Below are positions 15,842 through 24,899 of a stretch of DNA of 64,000 nucleotides, in pieces. The stretch spans positions 27,465 through 91,464 of the forward strand of contig JAEDHK010000007.1 of assembly GCA_016297005.1 (NCBI GenBank). The letters run 5' to 3'. The translations under genes and the position numbers were made by a program. Each line of letters opens with the position of its first letter. Position 1 is the stretch's first letter. The notes beneath the pieces are model-generated. The model made no database searches. It had not been told where the DNA came from and saw only the letters and a list, made by a program, of their open reading frames with translations. The DNA is from Clostridia bacterium. GTDB taxonomy: Bacteria > Bacillota > Clostridia > Christensenellales > DTU072.

Positions 15842-16737
15842 TATTTTTTATTCTTAAATACGTTGATCACATCATCAGCCGTCGAGCAAGCATCAAATTC
15901 CGTATTGGATTTCTTAACGATAAGAACCTGAGCGGCACCTTCTTCATAGGCATGGGAAAAAGTAACCGATTGAGCACGCTTGGCATTAACGGTCAAGCAA
16001 GCAAGAGCAATGTCCGCATCTCCCTGCTGAACGGAAGTAACAACAGCGTCAAAGTCCATATCGCTGATAACGAGTTCCATTTCCAATTCAGCGGCTATGA
16101 TCTTAGCAATTTCCATGTCAATACCATAGAATTTGTTTCCGATCTTGTACTCATAGGGAGCAAATTGAGCGTTAGTAGCAAGGACAAGCTTATTGGTGGC
16201 GTTGGCATTTCCGTTCTCAATACCGACATAAACATCGGAATTGGGAGCGGAAGCACTGGCTTCATCATCTGAAATATCGATATCCGCATAAGCGGCATAA
16301 ATAGCATCCAAAGTTCCGTTAGCTTTGATATTATCAATGATGGTGTTGATACTGGCAAGCAGATCGGTCTTATTTTTATTAACGCCGATTGCGTATTGTT
16401 CAACAGTCAAAGCAATGTCGATCATCTTGATATCGTTGGGGTTGGCAGTAACAAGAGTATTCGCAGTAGCCTTATCAACAACAGCGTATTCGATGTTGCC
16501 GTTCTTCATATCGTTAACAGCAAGACCGATAGTCTGATAAGAAGACACCGTCCCGTTCGGAATTCCGGCAAAGCCCCAATCGGCGTCGCCTTTGATATAG
16601 GCTTCTCCGGTAGTACCGGCCTGAGCCCCGATGGAAATGGTTTTTTCACCCTTATTGCAAGCGGCAAAGGCACATACGCAACCGACGGCAAGAACGACTG
16701 CCATGATGGCTATTAAAATTTTCTTTACGTTTTTCAT
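15841..16737 (-). CDS. Family-3 (polar amino-acid) solute-binding lipoprotein with its two halves in permuted order
   Basis: Lipobox FAAC and an AAGGAGAA SD at MKNVKK. It contains GlnH/HisJ-like blocks, but the C-terminal-half blocks come before the N-terminal-half blocks. Confidence 0.8.
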   Translation of the reverse strand: MKNVKKILIAIMAVVLAVGCVCAFAACNKGEKTISIGAQAGTTGEAYIKGDADWGFAGIPNGTVSSYQTIGLAVNDMKNGNIEYAVVDKATANTLVTANPNDIKMIDIALTVEQYAIGVNKNKTDLLASINTIIDNIKANGTLDAIYAAYADIDISDDEASASAPNSDVYVGIENGNANATNKLVLATNAQFAPYEYKIGNKFYGIDMEIAKIIAAELEMELVISDMDFDAVVTSVQQGDADIALACLTVNAKRAQSVTFSHAYEEGAAQVLIVKKSNTEFDACSTADDVINVFKNKK

Positions 16738-16918
16738 TTTAAAGATTTCTCCTTCTTTTATTTGTCCATATCTTACCACCGAAAACGTATCCTAGCAAAT
16801 ATTTGAATGAAAAAATAAAAAATATTCATTATTCGGTATTAAATTATATATTTATGCAAATATTTATGAATAAATTCGTGCATTAAACGAAATTCTTCTG
16901 GATTTTACTCAACAAAAA

Positions 16919-16938
16919 AACGATCTATCCCGATCGTT
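16919..16938 (-). terminator. Terminator of the acyltransferase gene
   Basis: AACGATC-GGGATA-GATCGTT, followed by TTTTTTTGTT on the minus strand. Confidence 0.6.
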
Positions 16939-16957
16939 TTCATATATTTTTACAAAA

Positions 16958-17707
16958 TCAGCCGTACACGACCGGTTCATGCTCGGGTAAAGAGTCGCCG
17001 AGTTCGGCAATTTTATTTTCCAGATAGCGACAGATATCGTCGGCCTGCGTCTCCATAGAGACGGTGGGGTCGTAAGCAATAGGGTCTCCAACCACGAAGG
17101 TATGAATTTTTTCTGCGCAGTAGACGGGGAAAAAGCGCAATATCTTGCCGGTCTCTTGATAATATCGTTCGGCCACCTTAGGAAAACCGTGATTGAACTG
17201 AAAAATATACCTGTTGACTTTGTTTTCCGTGCGCTCGGGGAAGATAACCTGCGGCATACCCGCTTTCATCGTCTCGATAGACTTTTTAAAGGTCATCTTT
17301 TCCACCCGTTCGTCCTTATGAAAAACGGGAATGGGCTCAAACGCCCGGAAAGTCAGTATGATAACGGGCATTAACAAAAACGCAAGCGGATAGAGGATGA
17401 ATTTCGGCTTTCTTTTGTTGAGCACTTTCGTCTTCATGTGACGCCAAAAAACCTTGGAATACAAAAAATAATAGTTCGCCCATACGCGCGCGCGATGTTC
17501 CTTATTAATAATAAAATAAGTGGGCGCGTATATCTTAGTATGATTACAAACGAAAAAAACAGGCTCGTCGTCCGACGGTTTTTCCGTCTTCCAGATAAAA
17601 TCGTTCTTAGGAAAGAACCATCCGACGATCGCCCGCAAGAACTTAAAAACCAAATGCGGTCTCTTGCAACTGTCGTACTCCTTGACAGGGCTGTAAAATT
17701 TTTTCAT
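16958..17707 (-). CDS. PlsC/LPLAT-like acyltransferase
   Basis: FFVCNHTKIYAP (HX4D-like block) and VIFPERTENK (FPEGT-like block). I start it at MKKFYSP. Confidence 0.6.
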   Translation of the reverse strand: MKKFYSPVKEYDSCKRPHLVFKFLRAIVGWFFPKNDFIWKTEKPSDDEPVFFVCNHTKIYAPTYFIINKEHRARVWANYYFLYSKVFWRHMKTKVLNKRKPKFILYPLAFLLMPVIILTFRAFEPIPVFHKDERVEKMTFKKSIETMKAGMPQVIFPERTENKVNRYIFQFNHGFPKVAERYYQETGKILRFFPVYCAEKIHTFVVGDPIAYDPTVSMETQADDICRYLENKIAELGDSLPEHEPVVYG

Positions 17708-17713
17708 GGGCTT

Positions 17714-17742
17714 ATTATAACACGGATTTATTTTATCCGCAA
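17714..17742 (-). promoter_or_regulatory. Promoter TTGCGG-17-TATAAT placed 6 nt from the ATG (leaderless candidate)
   Basis: The minus strand reads TTGCGGataaaataaatccgtgtTATAATaagcccATG. No SD is present. Confidence 0.45.
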
Positions 17743-17775
17743 TCCCATTACAGCAACCATCAATAAACAACAAAA

Positions 17776-17797
17776 AACGCGGAAATACCTCCGCGTT
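17776..17797 (-). terminator. Terminator after the sugar-oxidoreductase cassette
   Basis: AACGCGGA-6 nt-TCCGCGTT, followed by TTTTTTG on the minus strand. Confidence 0.6.
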
Positions 17798-17955
17798 CTT
17801 CTTTTTACCCCTAGCCCTTATTGAGGGAATAAAGGGGGCTTGATTCCTGAACGAAGTAAAAAAATGGGATTTTTTTAAAATGCCACTAAAAAAACCTTTC
17901 CTTTTTTTTCTTCACGTTTCAACGGCATATAACTTGCCGCAAGGCAAATATAACT

Positions 17956-17986
17956 GTAGTTTAGCGATGAAAAATCGCTAAACTAC
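17956..17986 (-). terminator. 13-bp perfect hairpin directly after the stop codon of the TIM-barrel gene
   Basis: GTAGTTTAGCGAT-gaaaa-ATCGCTAAACTAC. The U-tract is weak, so it may instead be a stabiliser or attenuator. Confidence 0.4.
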
Positions 17987-18952
17987 TTACGCCCACGACA
18001 TCGTTCCCGGCTTGGGATTTTCTATCATCAATCCTTGCAGATACCTGACTGCTTTTTCCAGTCCTTCGGTGGGAATCATGACGCTGTCTTCGTGCTCGAT
18101 GCTGACAGGGCCGTTATAGCCGACGAGATTGAGCATGGAGAAGATATCTTTCCACATTGTGTCGTTACTGCCATAGCCGACGGTACGGAAGACCCAGGCG
18201 CGGTTTATCTCGTCCGAGTAGTGACGGGTATCGAGGACGCCGCTTACGGCGGTGTTATGTTTATCAATACGAGTGTCTTTGGCATGGAAATGATAAATAG
18301 CCTTGCCGAGGTAACGAATAGCTTCCGGCACGTCGATTCCCTGCCAGATGAGATGCGAGGGATCCACGTTCGCGCCGATCATGTCGCCTACGGCTTCGCG
18401 CAGTTTCATGCAGGTAAGCGGATTATATACGCAGAATCCGGGGTGCATTTCCAAAGCGATCTTCTTAACGCCGCAAGAAGCGGCAAAGGCGGTCGCTTTC
18501 TGCCAGTAAGCAACAAGTTTATCCCATTGATAGTCAAGGATCTGCAAGAAGTCTTCCGGCCAGGGACAGGTAACCCAGTTGGGGTACTTGGCGTTATCCG
18601 AATCGCCGGGGCAACCGGAGAAAGTAATAATAGTTTCGACGCCGAGGAGCCCGGCCAGTTTGCAGGTCGCTTCGAAGTCTACCTGGAATTCTTTTGCGAT
18701 CTCCTTGTTAGGATGAAGGGCGTTACCGTGAGTGGACAGAGCGCAGATCTCCATTCCGTATTTATTGAACAGGTTCCTGATTTCTTCCGCCTTGCCCGGA
18801 TCTTTTACGAGTTCGCGCGCGTTGACGTGCGCCGTCCCGGGGAACCCACCGCACCCTACTTCCATGGCGTTAACGCCCAGTTTTTTCAGGTAAATGATGG
18901 CTTCTTCCAGCGTCTTATCGTAAAGGATGGGATTAAAAACGCTCAATTTCAT
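17987..18952 (-). CDS. Sugar phosphate isomerase/epimerase (xylose isomerase-like TIM barrel)
   Basis: 321 aa with an AP-endonuclease-2/xylose-isomerase-like TIM pattern (ALEMHPG, HFHAKD, SIEHED). Confidence 0.8.
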   Translation of the reverse strand: MKLSVFNPILYDKTLEEAIIYLKKLGVNAMEVGCGGFPGTAHVNARELVKDPGKAEEIRNLFNKYGMEICALSTHGNALHPNKEIAKEFQVDFEATCKLAGLLGVETIITFSGCPGDSDNAKYPNWVTCPWPEDFLQILDYQWDKLVAYWQKATAFAASCGVKKIALEMHPGFCVYNPLTCMKLREAVGDMIGANVDPSHLIWQGIDVPEAIRYLGKAIYHFHAKDTRIDKHNTAVSGVLDTRHYSDEINRAWVFRTVGYGSNDTMWKDIFSMLNLVGYNGPVSIEHEDSVMIPTEGLEKAVRYLQGLMIENPKPGTMSWA

Positions 18953-19755
18953 TATTCGTCTACCTCCTTGCCGTGATTAACTTTGCCGACGTGATGGAAC
19001 AGTTTATGGATCTGTTCGCACGGAAGCACGCTTGGCGCGTCCTTATACTTCTTGTTGACCTTAGCGATCTTGTCTTCTTGCTTACCGCACCAAAGAACGG
19101 CGTTATTGATGATTTTGCGGATATTGGCGTTCTTGTAGGTGGGGAAAGTTTCGTGTCCGGGCTGAAAGTAGAACACCCGGCCCTCTCCTCTTGTGAAGGT
19201 CACGCCGCTCCGGAATACGTTGCCGCCTTGATACCAACCGATGAAGACGACGTCGTCCGGCTTGGGGATATTAAAGTGTTCTCCGTACATCTCTTCGTGA
19301 GGGAGACGGAAGCCCTGTTCAACGCCCTGACTGATCGGATGGTCAACGTCGGCCGTCCAGATTCTTTCCGCTTCGCCGCACTCTCTCCAAGTAAGGGAGC
19401 AAGGCGTGCCGAGCAGTTTTTTTATGACCTTAGAAAAGTGAGCGGAGTGGAGGAAGATAATGCCCATACCTTCGTGTACTCTCTTAATAACCGCGTCTAC
19501 CACTTCGTCCGGAACCTTGTCATGGTCGCAGTGGCCCCACCAGATAAGGACGTCAATGTCGGCGAGAGTCTCGACAGTGACGTCGTTTTTCGTATGTTCG
19601 AGCAAATCTTTAAGCGTAGAAAGGAATTTAACTTCCACGTCTTTACTTCCGTCGAAAATGGAAGCGATCTCTTTATGCAACCCTTCGGCATAGGCCTTTT
19701 TGCCGGCGCCGTGAAGTTGATTTCTTGTATATTCGTTATAGATGGCAAGTTTCAT
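18952..19755 (-). CDS. ThuA domain-containing protein
   Basis: ThuA-like blocks VLIWWGHCDHDKVPDE and GIIFLHSAHFSK. ATGA overlap with the downstream gene. Confidence 0.8.
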   Translation of the reverse strand: MKLAIYNEYTRNQLHGAGKKAYAEGLHKEIASIFDGSKDVEVKFLSTLKDLLEHTKNDVTVETLADIDVLIWWGHCDHDKVPDEVVDAVIKRVHEGMGIIFLHSAHFSKVIKKLLGTPCSLTWRECGEAERIWTADVDHPISQGVEQGFRLPHEEMYGEHFNIPKPDDVVFIGWYQGGNVFRSGVTFTRGEGRVFYFQPGHETFPTYKNANIRKIINNAVLWCGKQEDKIAKVNKKYKDAPSVLPCEQIHKLFHHVGKVNHGKEVDE

Positions 19756-19767
19756 GCGTCGTTCTCC

Positions 19768-20850
19768 TTACAGCTGAACCTCTTTGCCCGTCCTGGCAGA
19801 CTCGTAAATCGCACAGAGGATCCTGATCATGTCAATCCCTTGGTCGATAACGAAGTCGGGCTTGGTTCCGTTCAAAATAACGTCCAGGAAGTGGAGTAAG
19901 TTTCCGCCGTGGCCGTTCAGCTTGTTGCCGTAGAAAAGTTGCTTTCTCATGAGCATAAAGTCTTTCAGTTTATTGTTCCTCTTTCCGTCGTAAAGGGTAA
20001 AGAAGTTATCTTGCCACTTGGCGCCCTTCCTGGTGCCGCGCAGTTCTACAAAGCGAGTCTCTTTTTCGATATTGGAGGCCCAGCTGAATTCGATCTGCAA
20101 AGACGCTCCGTTTTCAAACTTGATGAAGCCGGTAGCAAGGTCTTCTACGTCAAAGGTTCCGCCCTCGACCTTTTCGCCGAAGTTACTGTGAACGCTATCG
20201 CTTTCTTCCTCGTCGTTAGCAAACTTGCAATACGTGGAGCCAACGACGGAAACGGGACGAGGATTACCCATCATGTACAATGCGAGGTCGATCATATGTA
20301 CGCCGAGGTCGATCAGCGGACCGCCGCCGGATTGCGCCTTCGTCGTGAACCAACCGCCCTTGCCGGGGATACCTCTCTTACGGATCCAACCGCAACGACC
20401 GGTATAAACTTCGCCCAGCTCTCCTTTGGAGATCATATCTTTCAGCAGTTGCGAGCCGCCGAGGTGGCGGTTATTACGCATTACCATCAGTACTTTTCCG
20501 CTTCTTTCCTGCGCTTCTTTCATTTTAACGACGTCTTCTACGCTGATAGAATCGGGTTTTTCGCAAAAAGTATGGCAACCGTGATCCAGCGCATAGCAAG
20601 CAATGGGAGAATGGACGTAGTTGGGGGTGCAAATATCCACAACGTCCGGTTTAATAACGTCGATCATTTCTTTATAATCGGTAAAGTACTTCGCTTTACT
20701 GCCAAATTCGGCTTCCGCTTTCTGTAATTTTGTCGGATTAATATCGCAGATCGCAACGATCTCCGCTTTGTCCGTGCTTTTCCACGTCGGTTTATGGGCG
20801 CCGTTAAAAATTCCTCCGAAACCGACGACGCCGACTCTAAGTTTTGCCAT
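19768..20850 (-). CDS. Gfo/Idh/MocA family oxidoreductase
   Basis: N-terminal Rossmann LRVGVVGFGGIF, EKP motif (FCEKPD), 360 aa. Confidence 0.85.
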   Translation of the reverse strand: MAKLRVGVVGFGGIFNGAHKPTWKSTDKAEIVAICDINPTKLQKAEAEFGSKAKYFTDYKEMIDVIKPDVVDICTPNYVHSPIACYALDHGCHTFCEKPDSISVEDVVKMKEAQERSGKVLMVMRNNRHLGGSQLLKDMISKGELGEVYTGRCGWIRKRGIPGKGGWFTTKAQSGGGPLIDLGVHMIDLALYMMGNPRPVSVVGSTYCKFANDEEESDSVHSNFGEKVEGGTFDVEDLATGFIKFENGASLQIEFSWASNIEKETRFVELRGTRKGAKWQDNFFTLYDGKRNNKLKDFMLMRKQLFYGNKLNGHGGNLLHFLDVILNGTKPDFVIDQGIDMIRILCAIYESARTGKEVQL

Positions 20851-20866
20851 ATTATTCTCCTTTTTA

Positions 20867-21961
20867 TTAAAAATCAGTTTTGATAACTTCGTTCTTCTCC
20901 GCAGACTCGAAAGACAACTCGATCAGCTTCATTACGCGCATGAGTTGCTTGCCGGTGATGATAGACTTTTCGGGCGTCTTATCCATCACGCATTTATAGA
21001 AGTTACGATACAATTCCAATCCGTCGTCGACGATCTTCGGAAGACGCGATTCCTTAACCGTGCCTTTGGAGCGGTCGGCCATGGTCTTGGTAAAACCGTT
21101 ACCGGCCTGTACTCCTTTCAGTTTTTCGTCGTGACGAGTCTTAACGGCGATCACTTTACCCTTTCTGCAATTAAAGGTTTCGATAACCGCCGTACCGTCC
21201 ATACCGTAGATCATCCAGCGAGGCACCTTAACAAAGCTATTGGTGTCGATAGTGATGGTCACAGCCACGTCGTCGACAAAAGTGATCTCCAATTCGAATC
21301 CGTCGTCCACTTCTTCCTGATAAACGTACGAAGTGGTACACTTGACCGAAGTAATGGGCGTATCCTGTTTAAAAAGCAAGATCTGGTCCATGAGGTGTAC
21401 GCCCCAGTCGTAGATCATACCGCCGCCCTGACTCTTGATCTTTCTCCACGCGCCGGGGATACCGTTAGAACCGACGACTTTGGACTCGATCTTATAAACG
21501 CGACCGATCATACCGCTTTCCGCAATCTTCTTCATGCAGAGATAGTCGGGATCCCAACGACGATTCTGATGAACGGAAAACAAAGTTCCGTTCTTTTCGG
21601 CGGCGTCGAGCATTTCTTGCAGATCGGCGCAAGAAAGCGTAACCGGCTTTTCGGACAGAACGGCCAGGCCGTGTTCCGCCGCAGCGACGGCGTACGACTT
21701 ATGCGTATCGTTCGGCGTAGCGATCAGTACCGCCTGCAACCCCGGAAGCGCGAAAAACTTTTCCTGTTCTTCCGGTTTAAAAAACGGAATGCGCCTTAAA
21801 TCGGCTTTCTTTTTTACGGCAGGATCAATATCGAGGATGCCGATAACGTCGAACAATCCGCAAATGGACATCTTGTTCAGATGATATCCGCCCATCCCGC
21901 CGCAACCGATAATGCCGATCTTGACTTTTTCCTTAACAATCTCCCTTTTTACGAAACACAT
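20867..21961 (-). CDS. Gfo/Idh/MocA family oxidoreductase (second)
   Basis: VKIGIIGCGGMGGYH, LSEKPV, GGGAG SD. Confidence 0.85.
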   Translation of the reverse strand: MCFVKREIVKEKVKIGIIGCGGMGGYHLNKMSICGLFDVIGILDIDPAVKKKADLRRIPFFKPEEQEKFFALPGLQAVLIATPNDTHKSYAVAAAEHGLAVLSEKPVTLSCADLQEMLDAAEKNGTLFSVHQNRRWDPDYLCMKKIAESGMIGRVYKIESKVVGSNGIPGAWRKIKSQGGGMIYDWGVHLMDQILLFKQDTPITSVKCTTSYVYQEEVDDGFELEITFVDDVAVTITIDTNSFVKVPRWMIYGMDGTAVIETFNCRKGKVIAVKTRHDEKLKGVQAGNGFTKTMADRSKGTVKESRLPKIVDDGLELYRNFYKCVMDKTPEKSIITGKQLMRVMKLIELSFESAEKNEVIKTDF

Positions 21962-22078
21962 GGTAAACTCCCAAATAAAATATATTTAAGTATGTATATT
22001 ATAAAAAAACAAGGGCGGTTTTGTCAACCCCCTTTTTATCGACGATTACCCCGGCTCTCGCTTCCCGGAGACGGACCG

Positions 22079-22732
22079 TCAGGCTTTACCGAGCGTCAGA
22101 CAACATACGGAACAAGAACATCGGTTCATGATCGCTTGGATCGCGTTGGAAAGGGTTGCGCCGGTGGTAATAAGGTCGTCGAGGAGCAGAACGTTCCGTC
22201 CCGATAAGTCCTCTTTACAAACGAAACTCCCGCGCACGTTATCATACCTCTGACTTGCGTCGACTTCTGTCTGGTCGGACGCTTCTTTAATACGTTCGAG
22301 CGCGTGCACAAGAAGCATTCCCGATTGTGCGGAAAACTCTTTGGCAATCAATTTCATATGGTCATAACCGCGCCGTGAAAAAGACTTCTTACCGCATGGG
22401 ATATAACAGACCGCGTCAGCAATGATTCCCTTTTCAACGTAAAACCTGTACATCAATCGTCCGATCGTCGTAGCAAGATACGGACGACCGCCGTCCTTGC
22501 ACCGCAGAATGATATCTCGGACGGATTCGTATTTAAAAAGCGAATAAACGTCGCATTTCGACACGGAAGACGGGCCCGATCGCCCGACTTCCATACGACT
22601 GTAACAATAGGGGCACAGTGACAAGAACCTATCGTCGCCGTCCGTCAACTCCTTTCCGCATATGTCGCACGTGATCCCGCGCGGATATAAAACGTCCAGA
22701 ATACGGTTCCGGATCTTATCCATTCTTTCCAC
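22079..22732 (-). CDS. comFC: ComF family protein (ComFC-like phosphoribosyltransferase fold)
   Basis: N-terminal zinc-ribbon cysteines CDICGK...CPYC and a PRTase motif VLLLDDLITTGATL. Confidence 0.8.
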   Translation of the reverse strand: MERMDKIRNRILDVLYPRGITCDICGKELTDGDDRFLSLCPYCYSRMEVGRSGPSSVSKCDVYSLFKYESVRDIILRCKDGGRPYLATTIGRLMYRFYVEKGIIADAVCYIPCGKKSFSRRGYDHMKLIAKEFSAQSGMLLVHALERIKEASDQTEVDASQRYDNVRGSFVCKEDLSGRNVLLLDDLITTGATLSNAIQAIMNRCSCSVCCLTLGKA

Positions 22733-24899
22733 CCCACAGAAGATCGTACTTTTTTTTGTTTTTCAACAGAAAATACTTTAACAAAGAATACCTTTTTACG
22801 GTATAGGTATTGGCGACCATGCGCTTTACCGTCGCTTCCGAACCGATGATAACGACCATTCTCTTTGCTCTTGTGACGGCAGTATACAACAAGTTACGGG
22901 TAAGTAGCGTATAGCCGCCGCTGCCGAGGACCAGTATTACGACAGGGAATTCGCTTCCCTGCGATTTATGAACGCTCACGGCATAAGCAAGCATGATCTC
23001 GTCGGCGTCGGCGCCGGCGTATACCACTCTTTTACCATCCTCGAACAGTACCGTCATCCCCTCTTTATCGAAAGAGATTACTTGACCGAGGTCGCCGTTA
23101 TAAACGCCCGTTCCGCGTTCGCCGTCGTCACGCTTCCATTCCAGTTGATAATTATTGCTCGTCTGCATAACCCGATCGCCCACACGAAAACGAGACTCGC
23201 CGATCTCTTTTTCTTTCCCGCGCGGATTAAGCGCGTTTTGCAAAACGATATTCAGGTTTTCTACGCCGACCACGCTTTTTTTCATAGGCGCAAGAACCTG
23301 AACGTCGGACGAGGCTATGCCAAGATACGCAGGAATGCGCGTTTTTACCATACTGACCACTTCTTGCACTGCGTCTTCTTCCGTTCTCGACAAGAAAAAA
23401 AAGTCCTTCGCCCCTTTATAAACGGGCATTTGTCCGTTATTGATGCGGTGGGCGTTGGTAACGATAAAACTTCCTTCCGCCTGACGATGGACTTCGGTCA
23501 AAAATACGGTGTTAATAAGCCCGCTCCCGATGACGTCGGACAAAATATTGCCGCAGGAAACGCTTGGCAACTGATCCTTGTCGCCGACCAGAACCAATCT
23601 GGTTCCCGCCGGAACGGCCTTTAACAACGCGTTGAAAATATAAATATCGGCCATGCTGATCTCGTCGACGATAAGTACGTCCACAGAAAGCGGATTGACT
23701 TCGTCAAAGCTTCTGCGATCGGTAGAAAAGTCGATCCCGAGAAGACGATGGAGAGTCTTAGCCTCTTCCCCCGTCGCTTCAGTAATCCTTTTACAGGCTC
23801 TGCCCGTCGGCGCGGCAAGAGAAACCTTTTTTCTGCGTAAGCGCATCAAAGCGACTACCCCTTTGATAATAGTGGTCTTACCCGTTCCCGGTCCGCCGGT
23901 AATGACGGTCACACCGTTTTTAAAAACGCTTTTTATCGCCTCTTTTTGTTTTTCGTCAAGGGTAATCTTATTGACCTTTTCATAAATAAAAAGATCGTTA
24001 TCCAGAGTGTCGTCCGTGGCAGGAGTATTATCGATGAGTCGTAACAACTTGGACGCAATTGCGTTTTCCGTTGCATAATTTCTGCTCTCGGCCGCCACGT
24101 CCACACCGTCCACAGCCAAAATTTTCAGATTCGTTTGCAAAAGGTTTTCCCGACATTCTTCTTCGGTCACGCCGAGAAGTCTGACGGCGGAAGAAACCAG
24201 TTCGTCTACCGGCAGACAGGTATGTCCGCTACTGTGCGACGCCTCGGTAAGAACGTGCAGGATCCCTGCCCGAATGCGAAAAGGACTGTGCTTATCGATC
24301 CCCAGTTTAAAAGCTATTTTATCCGCGGTAACAAAGCCCACGCCGTCGATATCTTCCACCAATCTGTACGGGTTATCCCGTACGACGTTGATGGTCACGT
24401 CCTCGTATTTTTTATAGATCTTGACGGCGAGTCCCATCGTAATATCGTATTTCTGTAAAAATAGAATACTTTCTTTCATTTTTCGGCTTTCGTTATATCC
24501 GCGAATGATGTCCAAGCACTTCTTGTTGCCTATGCCTCTTACCTCGCATAGGCGTTCAGGGTGCTCGTCCAACACTTTCAGGGTATCCAAACCGAAATAA
24601 TTAACGATAAGCATGGCTGTCTTTTCTCCCACGCCGCGGAAAAGACCTCCGGCCAGAAACTTATAAATTCCTTCCAATGTGTCCGGCTTATAAAACTCCA
24701 CTCTGTCGACCACAAACTGCTCTCCGAACCGTGAATTGGTTTTGAACTCTCCATAAATGCGAAGCATTTCTCCCTCCGCAATAATAGGAAAAATGCCGAC
24801 GGCAGTAAAATAATTGTCGTCGGCACTGAAATTCAAAACGGTGTATCCGCTTTCTTCGTTCACGTATACGATTTCTTCAACCTTTCCGTCAAACGTCAT
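22716..24899 (-). CDS. recD2: RecD2-type SF1B ATP-dependent DNA helicase
   Basis: Walker [10 protein letters not shown], an [11 protein letters not shown] motif, a C-terminal SVHKSQGSE motif, and N-terminal HhH-like repeats. Confidence 0.85.
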   Translation of the reverse strand: MTFDGKVEEIVYVNEESGYTVLNFSADDNYFTAVGIFPIIAEGEMLRIYGEFKTNSRFGEQFVVDRVEFYKPDTLEGIYKFLAGGLFRGVGEKTAMLIVNYFGLDTLKVLDEHPERLCEVRGIGNKKCLDIIRGYNESRKMKESILFLQKYDITMGLAVKIYKKYEDVTINVVRDNPYRLVEDIDGVGFVTADKIAFKLGIDKHSPFRIRAGILHVLTEASHSSGHTCLPVDELVSSAVRLLGVTEEECRENLLQTNLKILAVDGVDVAAESRNYATENAIASKLLRLIDNTPATDDTLDNDLFIYEKVNKITLDEKQKEAIKSVFKNGVTVITGGPGTGKTTIIKGVVALMRLRRKKVSLAAPTGRACKRITEATGEEAKTLHRLLGIDFSTDRRSFDEVNPLSVDVLIVDEISMADIYIFNALLKAVPAGTRLVLVGDKDQLPSVSCGNILSDVIGSGLINTVFLTEVHRQAEGSFIVTNAHRINNGQMPVYKGAKDFFFLSRTEEDAVQEVVSMVKTRIPAYLGIASSDVQVLAPMKKSVVGVENLNIVLQNALNPRGKEKEIGESRFRVGDRVMQTSNNYQLEWKRDDGERGTGVYNGDLGQVISFDKEGMTVLFEDGKRVVYAGADADEIMLAYAVSVHKSQGSEFPVVILVLGSGGYTLLTRNLLYTAVTRAKRMVVIIGSEATVKRMVANTYTVKRYSLLKYFLLKNKKKYDLLWGGKNG

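Noticed and set aside
16738-16957. Possible T-box or ARG-box regulation of the ABC operon. GCAAATATTT is repeated at 16795 and 16856. TGAAT/ATTCA half-sites are present, and there is a GGTGGTAAG stretch.
   Set aside because: The region is very AT-rich, so short repeats are expected. The half-site spacing does not fit the 18-bp ARG box. The T-box core (GGGTGGTACCGCG) is not present.
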